From the NCBI GenBank assembly GCA_030704615.1, contig CM060732.1, positions 60,078,001-60,142,000 of the forward strand: DNA of 64,000 nucleotides. Direction: 5' to 3'. The notes under the pieces are model-generated. The model made no database searches. It was not told where the DNA came from and saw only the letters and a program-made list of their open reading frames with translations. Below are positions 1 through 14,949 of the stretch, in pieces (position 1 is the stretch's first letter; every line of letters begins with the position of its first letter). This DNA is from Takakia lepidozioides. Lineage: Eukaryota > Plantae > Bryophyta. A program made the translations under genes and the position numbers.

Positions 1-3000
1 GATGAAGAAGATGAGGATGATGCTGATGTTGCCGGTGATTTGGCAGAGGCGAAAGAACGAATGGGAGAGCCAAGCACCAGTGGGCGAGACCACTCTCCCT
101 TGCTTTCAAACAGAATTGGGAAGGGACTGCAGAGGAAGCCTTTTGATTCTCTTGATTTGAAGGAAGAAGCGGTGAGAGGCCATGACCCTGCTGGCAATCA
201 GAAGGTGAGCTGTCAATAACTGTGTTACTGCTACTACCGTTTTTCTAGTACAATGACAGAGCCAGCTCTGCGTATCTGGTTCATGAAGAGTGTACTTGCA
301 TGGTTATGGTTGAGTCAGTTCTGGTCTGCAGGTCGTAATCATCTCCTCTTTTGTGATGTGGCCAGACGGATTTGCAAGAAAGTCGATGGAGTGCAGATGG
401 AGGGAGGGATAAGAATGGTATGATTGGGGACAAAACTATAGGAAATGGGATTACTGGGACCTCTTTGCTTCTGCAAGTGGATGGGGAGGTTGATGCTGAG
501 ACAGCTGCGGCGGTGGCCAAGGTGACTGAAGCTGCCAGACGGAGAGGAGAAAGAATTGTCATGAGAACTCTAAAAGAAGAAAGAGATGTCCTACTATGTA
601 GCAAGTCTTCAGTCACAGAGAGGGAAGAGACTGCAGATAGAAGAGGAAGTGATCCGTTTGATGTCAAGGGTCCATTGGCACCCAAACCTTGTGAAAGCGA
701 GAACAGGGATGTTGATCTTATGCTGAGCTTACCTATGCCAGGTGCACCAGGAGTTGGCAACAATGATCTGAAATGTGAATTAGTCTCCACCAACTCCGAA
801 GTTGGTGGTTCAGCAGATACATTGATGGAATCCAGAATAGAAGGCTTGGATAAGAAACTTGTGACTGGCAGTGAGCCTAATCCAGCAGGGACATCACTTC
901 TGAATCATGGAAGTGCAGAGGTTCAAAAACTGGAAGACGTGGAAGAGAGAACAGGTGAAGATAGATTGGCTGACGCTGCTGCAGCTGCACAGTCAGCGCA
1001 GCCCACCGGCTACACGTTTTCCACCACTAAAGTGCGTACAAAGCTACCATTTCTTTTGAAGCACTCTCTTCGGGAGTACCAACATATTGGGCTTGACTGG
1101 CTGGTCACAATGTATGAAAAGCGGCTGAATGGAATTCTAGCGGATGAGATGGGTTTGGGAAAGACAATTATGACAATTTCATTGCTGGCTCACTTGGCTT
1201 GCGAGAAAGGTATATGGGGTCCACACCTCATTGTAGTGCCTACCAGTGTGATGCTCAACTGGGAGACAGAATTTATGAAATGGTGCCCTGCATTCAAAAT
1301 CCTGACCTACTTTGGGAGTGCCAAAGAGCGGAAGCTGAAGCGACAGGGTTGGTCAAGGGCTAACTCATTCCATGTTTGTATCACAACATACAGGCTTGTG
1401 ATCCAGGATGCTAAGGCGTTCAAGCGAAAGAAGTGGAAGTACCTGATACTGGACGAAGCCCATCTAATCAAGAATTGGAAATCCCAGAGATGGCAGACGT
1501 TGTTGAACTTCAATTCAAAGCGTAGAATTCTTCTTACTGGGACCCCACTCCAGAATGACCTGATGGAGCTTTGGTCCCTGATGCATTTTCTTATGCCGCA
1601 TGTTTTTCAGTCACACCAAGAATTCCGTGACTGGTTCAGCAACCCAATCACAGGAATGGTGGAGGGGCAAGAACAGGTAATGATGTTGTTATGACTTGTT
1701 GAGCTCATTCTCCCTTTGCAGTGTGTTAATACAGAAATTTAACATGACTAGTACAGATAAGAAATCTAAGGACTTCCAGAGACACAGTTATGTAAGGTCG
1801 ATTCTATGCATGGAACGATGCCACAGGCAGCTCTATGGTTCTTCATCTGCCTGAAGGCTCTCATCCCCAGAGCAAGGTTGATTCTCTTAATTTCGAGAAC
1901 TCTGTGATTTGTACAAGTGCCCATTTGCCTTTCACTAATCCTTCGATGATGGATACTGGAATTGAGGATAACGTCAGAATTAGAAGATTATGTAATATAA
2001 ATTTCATTTTATCAAGCCAGTGCGATACACTGTTGGCTCACTGGTGCAGGTAAACAAGGAGCTCGTGGATCGGTTGCACAATGTGCTTCGTCCCTTCTTG
2101 CTACGTCGTTTGAAGAAGGATGTTGAGAAGCAGCTCCCTGGTAAATTTGAGCATGTGATACGTTGCCGTTTATCCAAACGACAGCGCAACCTGTATGAGG
2201 ATTTCATGGCCAGCTCTGATACGCAAGCTACTCTTGCCAGTGGCAATTTTCTAGGCCTCATCAATGTCCTGATGCAGCTGCGCAAGGTCTGTAATCACCC
2301 CGATTTATTTGAAAGTCGCCCCATTATTTCTTCCTTTGACTTGCCTGGCATTGAAGTCCATCTTAGTTCAGCCGCTTGCTCGGCAATGACACTGGATCCT
2401 TTCGCGGGGGTTGATCTGAGAGGCCTAAATCTGTGTTTTAGTCAACTAGAATGTGAAATGGCCAAGTGGGAAGCAGAGGAGGTTGCTGTCATTGCGAGCC
2501 CAGCTCCCATGATTGTGGAAATAGGAAGTTCTGGTGAAGACACCTGGAATCAGCAGCAGGAAAAGTACAAGGCATGTGGGGAGGTCCGAGGTGTCATGGA
2601 AGAGATTCAAGCTTTGCTGAGGGCTCAAAGAGCAAAGCAGAGGAGAGAAAAGGTGCTCGCACTTTCCTACCTGAATGACCTGCGGTGCAGCCGGGGACCT
2701 GTGTATGGATCAGACCTTCGGAAACTAGTGGAAGTGGAACATGCTGTCCATGATGTGCACAAGGTTAAGGCTGACCCTCGGAGGTACTTAGAATTCTCAT
2801 CCACAATCGCGGATGTTGTCCAGTTGCCCCTCACCCGCTGTGAAACGATGATGAATTTGATCGAAGCTTTCGTGTTTGCCATTCCAGCTGCTCGCGCACC
2901 AGTGCCTGCTGCTTGGTGCAGCCACTTAGCACCCTCTTCCTCACTTCTTAGACCTAGGTTGCTGGAGGAGCGCCGACATGAAGTCAGTGCAATGATGGTT

Positions 3001-6000
3001 CCGTTAAGACCTGTGGTCGTACGGAGGCAGCTCTTCTTTCCAGACCGACGGCTTCTCCAGTTTGATTGTGGAAAGCTTCAGGAGCTGGCATCACTGCTGC
3101 GACAATTGAAGTCAGAGGGCCATAGAGCTTTGATTTTCACGCAAATGACCAAAATGCTGGATGTATTGGAGAGTTTTATAAATCTTTATGGGTATACCTA
3201 CATGCGGCTGGATGGCTCTACGAAGCCAGAACAGCGCCAGATTCTGATGCAACGATTCAATACTAATCCCAAGATCTTCCTCTTTATACTATCTACACGC
3301 AGTGGGGGGGTTGGAATCAACCTCGTGGGTGCCGACACAGTCATTTTTTATGACAGTGATTGGAATCCAGCCATGGACCAGCAGGCGCAGGACCGGTGCC
3401 ACCGCATTGGGCAGACACGGGAGGTCCACATATACCGTCTAGTAAGTGAGAGTACAATTGAGGAGAACATTTTGAAGAAGGCGAATCAAAAGAGGGTGCT
3501 GGATGACTTGGTTATTCAGAGTGGCAGCTACAACACTGAATTCTTCAAGAAGCTCGACCCAATGGAGCTCTTTTCTGGTCTGAAGGGAGTGAAAGTTGGG
3601 GTGCCAGCTGATAGGGGTGTGATCGCAGCACCCTTGGTCGCAGCCTCCACTCCTGATACCTCAGGAGCTGCTTCTGTTAGAAACTCTGAACAAAAGGAGC
3701 TTTCAAATGCTGAGGTTGAAGCTGCACTGAAAAATGCTGAGGATGAGGCAGATTACATGGCCATGAAGCGAGTCGAACAAGAAGAAGCTGCTGAAAATCA
3801 AGAATTCACTGAAGAAGTTTTTGCAGGGAATATTGATGATGAAGATTTAGGAGAGGAGATGGAGGAAGGAGGGAGAGGCCCAGTCACAGCAGGCAAAGCA
3901 CAAAATGAAACTGCAGTTCTGGCAGGTGCTTACCAAGGGTTGGAAGAGAATGGTGCAGGGAATGGTTTTGAAGATGTCCCACTTGGACGATCATCTCTGT
4001 TTCCTGCAGATGTCGAAGAGGATATGGATATGCTGGCTGATGTTAGACAGATGGCGGCGGCGGCAGCAGCAGCAGGTCGTGCAAGCACATCTTTTGAGGA
4101 CCAGCTTCGGCCTGTTGAGAGATATGCAATGCGGTTCCTGGAGCTTTGGGATCCACGGGTTGACAAGTTGGCGGTGGTGGCACAGGTATCCTGTTCATGT
4201 GTCCAGTTATGAGGATTCAAGAATAGAAAGGACTCGTTAATAGTGTTGCGAGAACTGTTTCTTGTTGAACAGCGCTTATTTGTGAGATTAGATACTTTTG
4301 ACATCAAAATTCTATCTGGACTTATGTCAGGAGAAACTCATTATTAGGAGATTTGGAAAACCAATCTCTCGCGGAGTGATCTATTGCAATTTTTGTCACA
4401 TCTTTGCTGCAACACTTTGGGCAGGTGATTTTTGAGGAAAAGGAATGGGAGCTTGATCAACTGGAGAAGCTAAAAGAGGAACAGGAAGCCGAGATCGATG
4501 AGGATAATGAACCCCTGTTTTACGAGAGTAAGTTTACTTTCAGAGTAACTGTATAACAGCCTTTTTTGCCCTATTACTCAACAATTTTGACCTCCTTTCT
4601 GATGCAGATTTGAGACACAGAGTGTATTGATGAAGGAATTTGGGGCCTTTAGTCACCTCCAAGCATCTGGTGATGAATACCCCATCTTAGGAAATTTAAA
4701 ATTCTAGTTTGTAGGATATGTGTCTGCTGCTGCTTAATCACTAAATTGCATGTGTCTCCTGCGTTGCTTCTGATATTTTGGTGTCACACTGCAGATTGGG
4801 ACACGACGTTTGCTAATGAAGCATATCGTCAGCAAGTTGAGGTGCTAGCTCAGCAGCAGGTGTGCGTGAGTAACTTTTGTGAGGAATTTTTCGTAGGTGG
4901 AAAGACAATTTAAGTTGAAAAATGATATAATAATTAGGACAAACAATGTTGTTACTCTCCTGTGTTCTTACAGTGGTGTCACAGTGTAGCTTTCTCCCTT
5001 AAAATGTCAGGATCCTCACTAATCACCTACAGTAATCTTTCAGTTCTTTTTCTATTTTGGTGTAATTGAGTGTGTTCCTGAGTTTGCACAGTCACTGGTC
5101 AACTAAAAAATTCTGGTGGAGAAAAAAATGATATGGTTGTATCACATTGTTATGGGTGCCTTTTCTCTAAGCGTGGTTCCTTGTTTACCAGGAGAATCAG
5201 AGGCAACTAGAATGGGAAGCTATGGAGGAAGAAATGCGTGATGCCGACAGGTAAGGATGCAATTTGCTCGTTCGTTCACAAACTTTTGTTGTAAGCGGCT
5301 TCTTTATGGCTTTGATCCGTTTTTCATCTCAACTTTTCATAGGTTTTATTTGTACTATTCTTTAAGTATACACCTGATTCTGGTTCCAAGGGTTTGTTTG
5401 ACTAAGTTCATTATGTCTGTTTGGTGGTGCGATTGGTTTTGCACTGGAAGAATTCAGATCATCCCAATTTAGCAAGTTTTCTCCTGGAAGTCCACCGGCC
5501 TGCCCATTCATCCTAGTTTGCTCACCAGCATTCTGTTGTGGCCTGTAAGAAGAGGTACTATAAGATCTTTGACTTCAGAATCGAAGTTACAAGCCCCTTT
5601 AAACTTACCTTCATCGTGTGAGTATTGAGCAGGGCTGTAGCTGAAGCTGCCGCATCAGTTCTGGGGGCAGAGAACTTCAGTCTGAAGCATAAATCAAAGA
5701 AGAAGCTGAAGAAGGCCAAATTCAAGTCTTTGGCTGAAGGATCATTGATAACAGATATGGATGAGTCCTTATTGGCTGAGGACTTCCTACCTGGAATTAA
5801 GAGCCACAATTCAAAAGATCCCACATACAGGGATCCACATTCTGACCTATCACCCCTTCCCTTCCGCAGCCCCTCGCAAAGAAAGCGCAATGCTCCAAAG
5901 CTGCTGGAGGAGGAGATGTTGGCTGAGCTGCATACTAAGAAGATGAGGAAGGAACTAGCGGGCAAGGAAAGGATGATCGGCATGGAGAAGGTAGTTCTTT

Positions 6001-8901
6001 ACATGTTATTTTGTAGGGTTAGATTCTTGTTCCGGATAATTCAGAGCACTTGAGTTTATATACATGGGCAACTTGAAGGGAGAGATTTTTCTATGATGGA
6101 ATGATACTCATGGGTGTAGGTGCTTGTGTGTAACCTCGAGGGAGGAAGTTGCCAATCATGATTTTATACATGAGTGCAGTACATGTTTGTCCATTTCATT
6201 TAGACTATGCACCCTTCGAAGTCCCAGTTGCACTTAAACAACATTATTTTATTGCTAGCTGAGGCTCATCATTTTCTCAATGGCTGTTCCCGTGATGAAG
6301 GGGAAGGGGAAGAAGAAGCCAGCAGAGAGTGACTTCTACAGAACACTCTCAGGAGATCCAAGCGAGCACTCTTGGGGTGGGGCTGTTATGCCACCAACAG
6401 GTAGTGGAAAGAACAAAACAGGAGGGAAAATCTCCATGATGGGAATACCTCCTAAGAAGGGACCTCTAGTCATGCTAGAGAAGGAAAGAAAGAAAGATGT
6501 AGCCAAGTCACAGGATCATGTGCCCCCCGCAGACCCCTGGACTCATGCAGAAGACGCAGTGTTGTGTGCTGTGGTGCATGAGTACGGAGGTAACTGGCAG
6601 CTGGCAAGTGAGACACTTGCAGGGGTCAATGAAGGGGGTGTTTACAGGGGAAGGCACCGTCATCCTGTACATTGTCGGGAGCGGTTCCGGCAGCTGCTAG
6701 CTCAGAATGCTGCAGCTGCAAGTGGGGATCCAAGCAGTGAGAAGAGCGCGCTCAATGCTGCTACCAACGCTCAGTTGAAGGTTACTGAGGTGTGTGAGCT
6801 GCCATTCTGCTCTGTACACATGTCTTCTGCAATTGTATTGTATTGGAATCTTCTCCTATTTGTTTTACGTGGATAATTTTCATCATCAAGGTTCCTGGTA
6901 GGAATGCAGGAAATGTGTATAACCTCCTGTTGGAAATTTTATGGAGAACCATTGCAAACCCCAGAATTATAAGCTGAGTATTCCACGATGAGTTGTTTAA
7001 AAGGGACAAACCAAATTTGATGTATTTTCTGAACCGAAGAGAGTTGCAGAGTCCATTAGTTTTCCTAGGTCATAAAGCTGTTTTTCTCTTTCATGGGCAG
7101 GAGCACACGAAGCGGCTTTTAGATGTGGTGATGCAGCTGCCAGATGACGAGCTGCTCCTGCAACGGCACTTTGTGGCGGTGCTATCAGCATGGCAAGGTC
7201 GAAGAAAGACAACTGGCCACTCAGGTTCTGAGAAAACAGGCATTCCAGGCAGTATATACTCTCCTCATGGCCGGCCTTTCATGCCTCTCAACGTCCGACC
7301 GCCTGTCTCCAATACTCCGGGTGCCATGAAACCTGATGGGAAACAACCTCTAACCCGAATCCCTGAGGCTCTAGCCAAGGTAGAACTAGACAAAAAGGTG
7401 ACCTCTAGTCATTCCCTTCCAAGACAACAAAGTCAGCAGTTGAAAAGTCCAAGAGGTGGAAGCGAGGACAAGACTTTCAGTGTCGTAGACTTCTTGGTTG
7501 GGTCTGTTAATTTTTCGAAGTCTCTTGATGGTGTGGATTCAAACGTGGCCCTTCCCCCCACAATGCCCTCTCCAATTTCTCTGGAAGACATTCTGGGATT
7601 CTCGCCAGTCTCTCCTCCACCAGTACCTACTAGTGCTCTCCGACGTTTGGCGGACACATTAAATGAACAGCGCTTCAGGTATGGTCTATTTGTTCCCCAG
7701 TCTCTGTGTGCTTGCCTCTCCAATCTTCTCTAGCCCAGGATGTAGTACGTCTGGTTTGTCCCTTGAACTTGGATACTACAACACGTGTATGTTCAGTCCT
7801 TACCTGTGAGCTCAAAGAGACAGACTGAACATGTGTGTCGTGAGCTAGGAGATCTACTTTTCTACCCTCAGTATGCATGGAAGGAGAGATTGAGATTGTT
7901 GGCAAACTGCTGCGTTAATTTGTAGTAGTTTCTGTGTTTTGCCATGACAATGCAGGGTAGCTTCAAAGATGGGCTGGGATGGAGCCACCCATGAGTGGGC
8001 TGCAGCAGCAGGTACCGGTACGGGTATGATTGGTGTGAAAGTCCCCTCCAAAGGCAAAGGTGCAGCGAAAAAGCGTCCTGCTCCAGATCCCTCTAAGCCT
8101 CCCAAACCGAAGCAACCTCGTGTGCCCAAACCCAGTAACAAGAAGGGAGTTCCTGGAGAAAGAAAGCCTAGCAACTTCCCCCCCAGCCAGTCTTCTCCTA
8201 TCCCTGCCGTAAAAAGCAAACATTCCACTGGTGCTCAATCTCAAAATGGTGAAGTTCGTGTTCCTTCATCCTCCACATCCTTGGAAATGGCTGAACAGTT
8301 TGCAGGTCCTTCCAAAGGGACTCCACCATTGTCTCTGTCCCCGACGAGACCCCCTACGTCTGCAAGATCAGGTGTCGATATCTCCACTGGCAGTGCAGCA
8401 CCTCTTACTGCACAGGCTGCCTCAGAGGATCTGGATTCCAGACAGCTGACAGGCCTTCACCAACAACCGGGCATCGGTGATCTTGCACCAGTGTCCCTTC
8501 CGCAAGGGCAGACCCTGCCAATGTGGTCTGCAGGGTTTCCCACAGCGAACATCCCACATGGGGTATTAAACCACAGTTTGCCGCATCATTCACTTAGTTA
8601 CATGCCAACTGCCCAATCTCCGCATGTGGGACAGCCTCAAACACGACCCAATGCATCTGCCTCTCAGAGTGTCAGGAAGCCTCGTTGGCCTTGGCCCTCA
8701 CCCTCAGCCTCCCCGAATGAGCAGTTGTACAATCACCAAGCCTTCCCGAGCTATTCATTACCATCATTTCCAGCTGTGACAGTCAGTCAAGAAGCTGCTA
8801 GTGGCCCTGACTTGGGGCTCTCACTCGGATCTGGTATGCCCAAGAAGCCACCAGGTGTCAGCTACCCACAGCATCAACGACCACATCCTTCGTCGTCCTG
8901 A
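1..8901 (+). CDS. PIE1: SWR1-complex SNF2 ATPase PIE1/CHR13 (5' end outside window)
   Basis: SNF2_N motifs (LREYQHIGLDWL, NGILADEMGLGKT, ILDEAH), split helicase with long insert, Helicase_C (LSTRSGGVGINL, QAQDRCHRIGQ), Myb/SANT domain (WTHAEDAVLCAVVHEYGGNW). In-phase GT-AG exons: <1-204, 366-1676, 2050-4185, 4425-4527, 4795-4859, 5192-5250, 5633-5990, 6301-6789, 7101-7678, 7956-8901. Confidence 0.95.
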
Positions 8902-10679
8902 AGGATTGAGGCTGACCTTTTTGGAACAAGAGGGGTTGGGTTTTTGGGGGCTTTTTTTGGCAGCCTATCTGTTCAGTTGGGCACATTGTTAGTCTGAAGT
9001 AAGGCTAAGTTTGCAATCCGTTGTAACATGCCTTAATTATTCTTTTTGTCACAATGAGAGTTCAGACCATGGCTCCAGTATTTGACATTTTTACTACTAC
9101 TGGGGAGAAGTCAGATAGCTTTGTCTGCTATGTCACTACATGGACCCTCATATTTGGGGTCCATATTGATAGTATGTCACATGTATCCATCGGGTTTGTC
9201 TTTAGGCCAGGCTCACTGTGCCAAGCTTGCCATCCGCATGGGTATGATGGATATGGTGAAGGTCTCCATGTATGTACTTCGGCTGGGAATGATCGCAAAT
9301 GAGTTTGATCTGGCTGGAAGCATTTGCTCCAGCTCTTGAGGAGGTTACTCTGTTACAACAATTGTGTGGTATTGGACTTATTTCTCTCGATCCCCTCTTG
9401 CATTTCTTGCAAGATGACTTTTAGTGGAAAGAGGTCTTTTGGTATCTGGGGTACATGAATGGACAACTGCAAATCACCTGTAAATCACATGTGTGGGTAT
9501 TATTTATGTGCAGTAGGTCTCCATGTATGTACTTCGGATGGGAATGATTGCAAGTGAGTTCGACCTGGCTGAGGGCCACAAAAATCAACAACTGCAAATC
9601 ACATGTGTGAGTATGATATGTACGACACTTTCAAAGAGAACTTTCACTACCGCATCCTTCCTGGTTGACAAAATCTACTGTAACTGCTAGCCACATCACC
9701 TTGCACTCAGTCGTGAATGTTGCCAAGTCCATGTGAAGTGCAGTGCTCTTGGGGTTTGGCTCTGGATTGCCACACATTGCTCCATAAACCAAATTTTGTA
9801 GCACAACACCTTTGGAGTAGGAATCTTGGTCTTTTGAACGAGTGGAAGTAGGAGTGGTGTGGAAGAATGACAGTATCAAACCTTGGTGCCAATAGCATGG
9901 AACTTTTACAAAAGATAAGAATAAAAGGCAGTGAGGCAAAATTCATCCGCTGTGCAGGATGGATGAGGTTGGATGAAGATTTCGGGTGAGCCGTAATCCA
10001 TCCAACTGATGGACACTTGGATTTAAAACATTGGGGGCATGATGCTCGTCTTGTTGTTAATAATGTTAATTATTGTTCTCTTGGCTCAAGGAAAGGAAAG
10101 GGGTAGAAACCCAGCCTTGTCTGGACTGTATCAAAAGAATGCCTAGTTCTTTATTAGTGAGGAATTAGTCACATGGGTGATAACATTGATTCCGGCATGG
10201 GCTTGCAGTCGACATGGAGGAACAACCTAAACCTCCCTGAACCGCAACGCATACTTAACTTGGACACTATCATCACAAAAGAAGCACACAAGCAGGCTAC
10301 GGCCTGCCTTGCCCACACCAAAACCTACATCCACAAACGTATTTAATCTCCAATACTCAACCCACAAGCTATCCAACTAGTTTTGGCGCATCAAAGCTGC
10401 TTCAGATGCCCAAATCAATAAACCCTTAAATTTAGATATGTGCAATATATGGACCAGCAGAAACACCCCTTCTTGCCTCAAATATACTCACCCCATATTG
10501 TCCTTTGTGCACACATTCCATGCCAGTCCGAGATACATGGCCACACTTACTAAGCCAATGTATCCATCCTATTGTACACGGGCTGAGGATCACCAGACAG
10601 AATCAAGCAGTATGGCACCTTTACAAACTCTTTATGACACGGAAGATAATCCTCTCTTGAGGGTGACATGGAACTGAAG

Positions 10680-10935
10680 GAGTGTAAACTCCAGTCGGGG
10701 TTACACTGGGTTACACGACAAGGTGTATAACTCCACTTGGGGTTACATTGGGTTACACGATGACGTGTGTAACTCCACTTGGGGTTACACAGAATGGAGT
10801 GTAACTCCACTCGGTGTAACTCACACTTGGTCTCGAAATTTGACCAAGTCCAAATTTGGCTAAGCATAAAATGGACTAACAAGAGTTACATGAGAAACCG
10901 AGGTTACAGAGGGTTACACCAATCGGGGTTACACT
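10680..10935. repeat. Small MITE-like element made of GTGTAACTCCAC / GGGTTACAC motifs in both orientations
   Basis: ~34-bp tandem units (tgtaactccacttggggttaca...) and roughly inverted ends (gagtgtaaactcc ... ggggttacactac); no coding capacity. Confidence 0.5.
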
Positions 10936-13425
10936 ACAAGAGCGTCCCATCAAGAATCGAACCTTGAACCTCGCCACTGCCTGCATTGCTATCACCTTAC
11001 CATCACGCTACCCACCATAGCTTGCAACCCATTTGGATTCTTAAGTACTAGGGCTTCGCGTTGCTCCACACTACTAGCGACGACTTCTAAGAACTATTGT
11101 TCAAGTGTCACAAAAAAGGTTGGGTCATCCCCACGGTCCTACATACATACATCCCGCATTTCATTGTTTTTCGCAAGAAAAATGGCGGATTGTCGCCAAA
11201 GCTATCATATCATCTCTCCGTATTTATGAATGTTGTTTTGGAAATGGATCCATTTTTTGATCATTTATGCATTTTCCCAACATGGTGGATGATGTGTATT
11301 GGGAAGGGATCTGAAATGACTATAGTGGAAAGGAAGAAATTTCATTTTGATCTTGATGAAAAATATATTTCAAAGGGTGATACCTACATTTGATGTTAGC
11401 TTGCAGTTCAATAGGAAAAACAGGAAGACGAGTTCAAGTTGAAGGGAGGGATAAATCCTTAGCCATATCTTCAAACTCCCCCTACCCTCCTAGCAAGCCG
11501 GAATGTCAAGAATTTGTCAATGCCATTGACATCTACCGACTGCTTCTCATCAAACAGGTTACCCCACATCTTCATATCATTGCAGGGCAAATGGTATTGT
11601 TGTATTAATGGGACCAGTCAATTAGTATTAATGGGACCAGTCAATTAGCCCTGAAACTCATCAAATACACAAGTGCTTTGGAAAATGTTACCAGTCTCTC
11701 TATCAGACCCTAATTGTACTAAGATTCCACCTCAGATCATGTGACAACTGCTAAAAAGGCCCTCCTGCAGTTTTTTGCCTGTTTATATCAATCTTTCTGA
11801 TGCTAAATCAACAATAGCTTAAATACCCAGCACAGCCATAACCAATATTGAAGACTGACTATACACCACTATTACAAGGTGAAGTCGGTTGTTGGAGGGT
11901 TGTTGCCTGCCCGAGAAAGACAGGAGTGAAAGACCAACCCCATAAAGAATGCAGGCTCTTTTCTGTTGGCTGAAAACAGGTCTTTTCACGTCAAATTGTA
12001 GGCTACGGGGATGCTCCAGAAACTCCATGTACATGTACCTGTCTATACACTTACTGAAAGAATTGTATAGTGGGCGGGGTTCCTCTTGAATAATGGTCAG
12101 AACTCTGCGAGGTGACAAGTTGCTGGAGACAAGCTCTGTCTCCAAATTCATTGCAGGCAATCTATCGTACAAGCTTCGGATTCATACCACAAGCAAACCC
12201 TTCCATCTGTGCTGCACGTGGACCATGGCTGCAAGAGTCAATGCCAGCACCGGAATCACAATATCACCAGCTTTGGAATAAAAATCCATGGCTGGGATTG
12301 CATATATATATTCACTGAATTATGGGTTGAAGGGAGGTGTGCGGAGCAGAAACATGATGCTTTGGGTCCACTGGCCCTCCCTTCGCGGGTTGTATCCAGT
12401 GTCAACTTCTGTGTCTGAATTCATCCGTCCAAACAATGCATCCGCCCTGTCAAAACAGCAGGCAGTTGAAATAACTCATTGACGAACCTTCCAGTGTGAG
12501 ATAACATGCAAATCTAGCCAAATATGTGAATTTACATTCTGCCCCAAGAATCCCACTGGAAGGTGCAGGAAGAAGTCTCTTCAGCCAAAGGTTGCTGGGC
12601 TACCTAGTTCAGAGTAACTGTGACAAAGGGATGGAAAAGATGGAAGCTGCAGCTTAAATGACATGGTGATTGTCCAGATGATCTACTCAACTTTGCTAGA
12701 AATTCACACCTTCAGCTTACCACACATGATTGTTAAAACCCCGTCAATGCACTTGCATCTACATACATGTTCCTACATTGCTGACTCACAATGCAATTGC
12801 TGTCGAAGAGGCTCTCAGAAGTAGTTGCTACCCTCATGAGGTAGGATTTGAAGTTACTCAAGTTCAGTATAGATTCCATATGACAATTCGGGCTACTAGA
12901 TCTTCAGGAACATTGCTCATTCATAAAAACATGCGATTCCATTTGGAGCCAGTGTTGAGAACAGAAGTACATCAGAGAGACAAATCCTTGAACAAAAGGG
13001 CAGAGGTCTTAGGTGATCAGTCAGCTACTAATCTGTGATAAGAGGAATTATGTAGCCCACAGCCTGCACGCCAAGCATCCCAAGCGAGATGTAGGGCGTC
13101 AACTCCGGATGGAACTTGACATGTGACAACTAGGCACCAATACATAGCAGCATCAGAGTTAGGGTTGCCACACTCAACGACCCTTCCAGACTCTTCCAAG
13201 CAATGATCTCATCCCGTTGTCGCTTGTAAGTGATCGGGAAAGTCTCAAGATTCATTGGTTTGAAGTAGAAAGGTTCGTCCACATTCTAGAGTGTAATCCC
13301 CTTAAGCATGTGCCCAGAGATGACCATTTAATCAAACTGTCAGTTTGAATTGTCATAGAAGATGCCAAAAGATTCTAACAAGTTCTTCTCATGCACAATC
13401 AATTGCACACGGCGCTCATCAATTC

Positions 13426-14830
13426 ATCAGTATTCCCACAAGAACACACTGCATCTTGGAAAGGGTGAAAATGGTTTGCATCCCGTACGACAATTGCTCG
13501 CCCAACAATCTTTGAGATAAACTTTGTGGCTGTGTGGCAGTCACCACACACGTCAAGGTCCTTAATGACTTAGAGAGGGGTCCCAGGGGCCGTGCTAATC
13601 AGCCCAAAAGCAATGGCCAGCTTCTCACTGTGGGGGCAAAGAAAGAAAAGTGATGACTTCCAGCTCTGACTCTGTGCATGGGGCCTATCGGACAACATAC
13701 ACCAGCAAGCCCTCCCCCTATCCTGCATCAACTCATCTCAGTCTTATCAAGGTGTCATCACAGATGGAGACCCTGGAAAATGCCTCTGCCCAGGAGATGA
13801 AGAACATTAGGCAACTAGAAACATGGGGGGCTGCATATGCTCTGCAGTCAACTTGGCTTGTTGAATGCTTGCATAAGAGATGAGGGGTTGTTGTCAGTAC
13901 ACGGCATTGAGTTCATCAAATCCTACAACAGCCCACCATCGTTGCCCACTGCTTACAAACTGCCACAAAAACAGTTTCACAGGACTTACAGATGATTGGT
14001 GGAAGGCAAGGCCCCTCGCGGTCTCCAAAACCCGCAATCCCCGCCCATGTTGTGCATGTCCTGCGATCATCACGTTCCACCACACCACATTTCGCGCAAC
14101 CATATTGTTGAACACTCCTTGTCCACAAGGGAATGCTCCCACGTTTGGCATACATGTCGACGAGATATTGTTACATCTGGTACAGTTCCAGTTTTGACGA
14201 TGTCACGATGGACCTCTTTGCCCTTTACCAAGTCTCCAAGTCTCCAGGGCTGCCAGGTTTGCACATGCATTGCAAACACAAATGAACGTGACCCGGTCAG
14301 GCTGCACCCGTTCTCGCAACATTTGCTCATGTCTCCAATGCCCTCACCTCGCACACATGCTGGCCATATCTTGCGATAACTTGGTTGGGCATAACCCCTT
14401 CCCGCCTCATTTGCTTATAGGTGTCAAATGCCTCCCTACAATATCCCTGCTTGGCATATGCTCCTATCGTGATTGTCCACGTAGTCAAGCCTCGTTCAGT
14501 CATTTTGTCGAAAACTAGGCGTGCATCCACAGCACTCCCGCACTTGGCATGCATGTTGACGAGGGTGTTGTGTAGAAAGATGTCAGGTTGGATTCTACTT
14601 TGGATGATGTGGGCATGCACCTGCTTTCCTTCTGCTAAGTCCTCTTGATGCACTCTTGCAAGAGACAACCATAAGTTTTCGAGTCTGCCAAAATGTCTCG
14701 TTGGTTCAAAATCTGTAACACGACTTTCAGGTTTCCTGCCTTACACAGTGCCCTCACATCCCCACATCTTTCAAAAGCGGTGGTTATGACAGGGGTGCCT
14801 AACTCACATAACTGTGCTGCTGCTGCTGCT
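13426..14830 (-). pseudogene. PLS-class PPR-DYW RNA-editing factor pseudogene
   Basis: Fragments HNTLVNMHAKCGSAVDARLVFDKM and VVWWNVMIAGHAQHG, and DYW remnant [44 protein letters not shown]...CSCG; multiple frameshifts, stops and deletions. Confidence 0.9.
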
Positions 14831-14949
14831 TTCGGTTGGCCATCAACCCGTAGAGGCTTCTTGTAGCTATCAATCCATAGTTGCTCATTGGTATTCTTGT
14901 GCTTGAAATCGTGTCCTCTGGTATGGATGTTTTTGGCTCGCTTGTCCAA

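Noticed and set aside
281-8593. Antisense and alternative-frame ORFs over PIE1 (likewise over pol and the PPR genes)
   Set aside because: Shadow ORFs of real coding sequence with no recognisable motifs.
9260-9610. ~55-bp duplication downstream of PIE1 (and a 23-bp tandem at ~11602-11648)
   Set aside because: Ordinary local duplications with no further structure.
10150-10680. C/A-rich possible LINE remnant
   Set aside because: Compositional resemblance only; no diagnostic motif.
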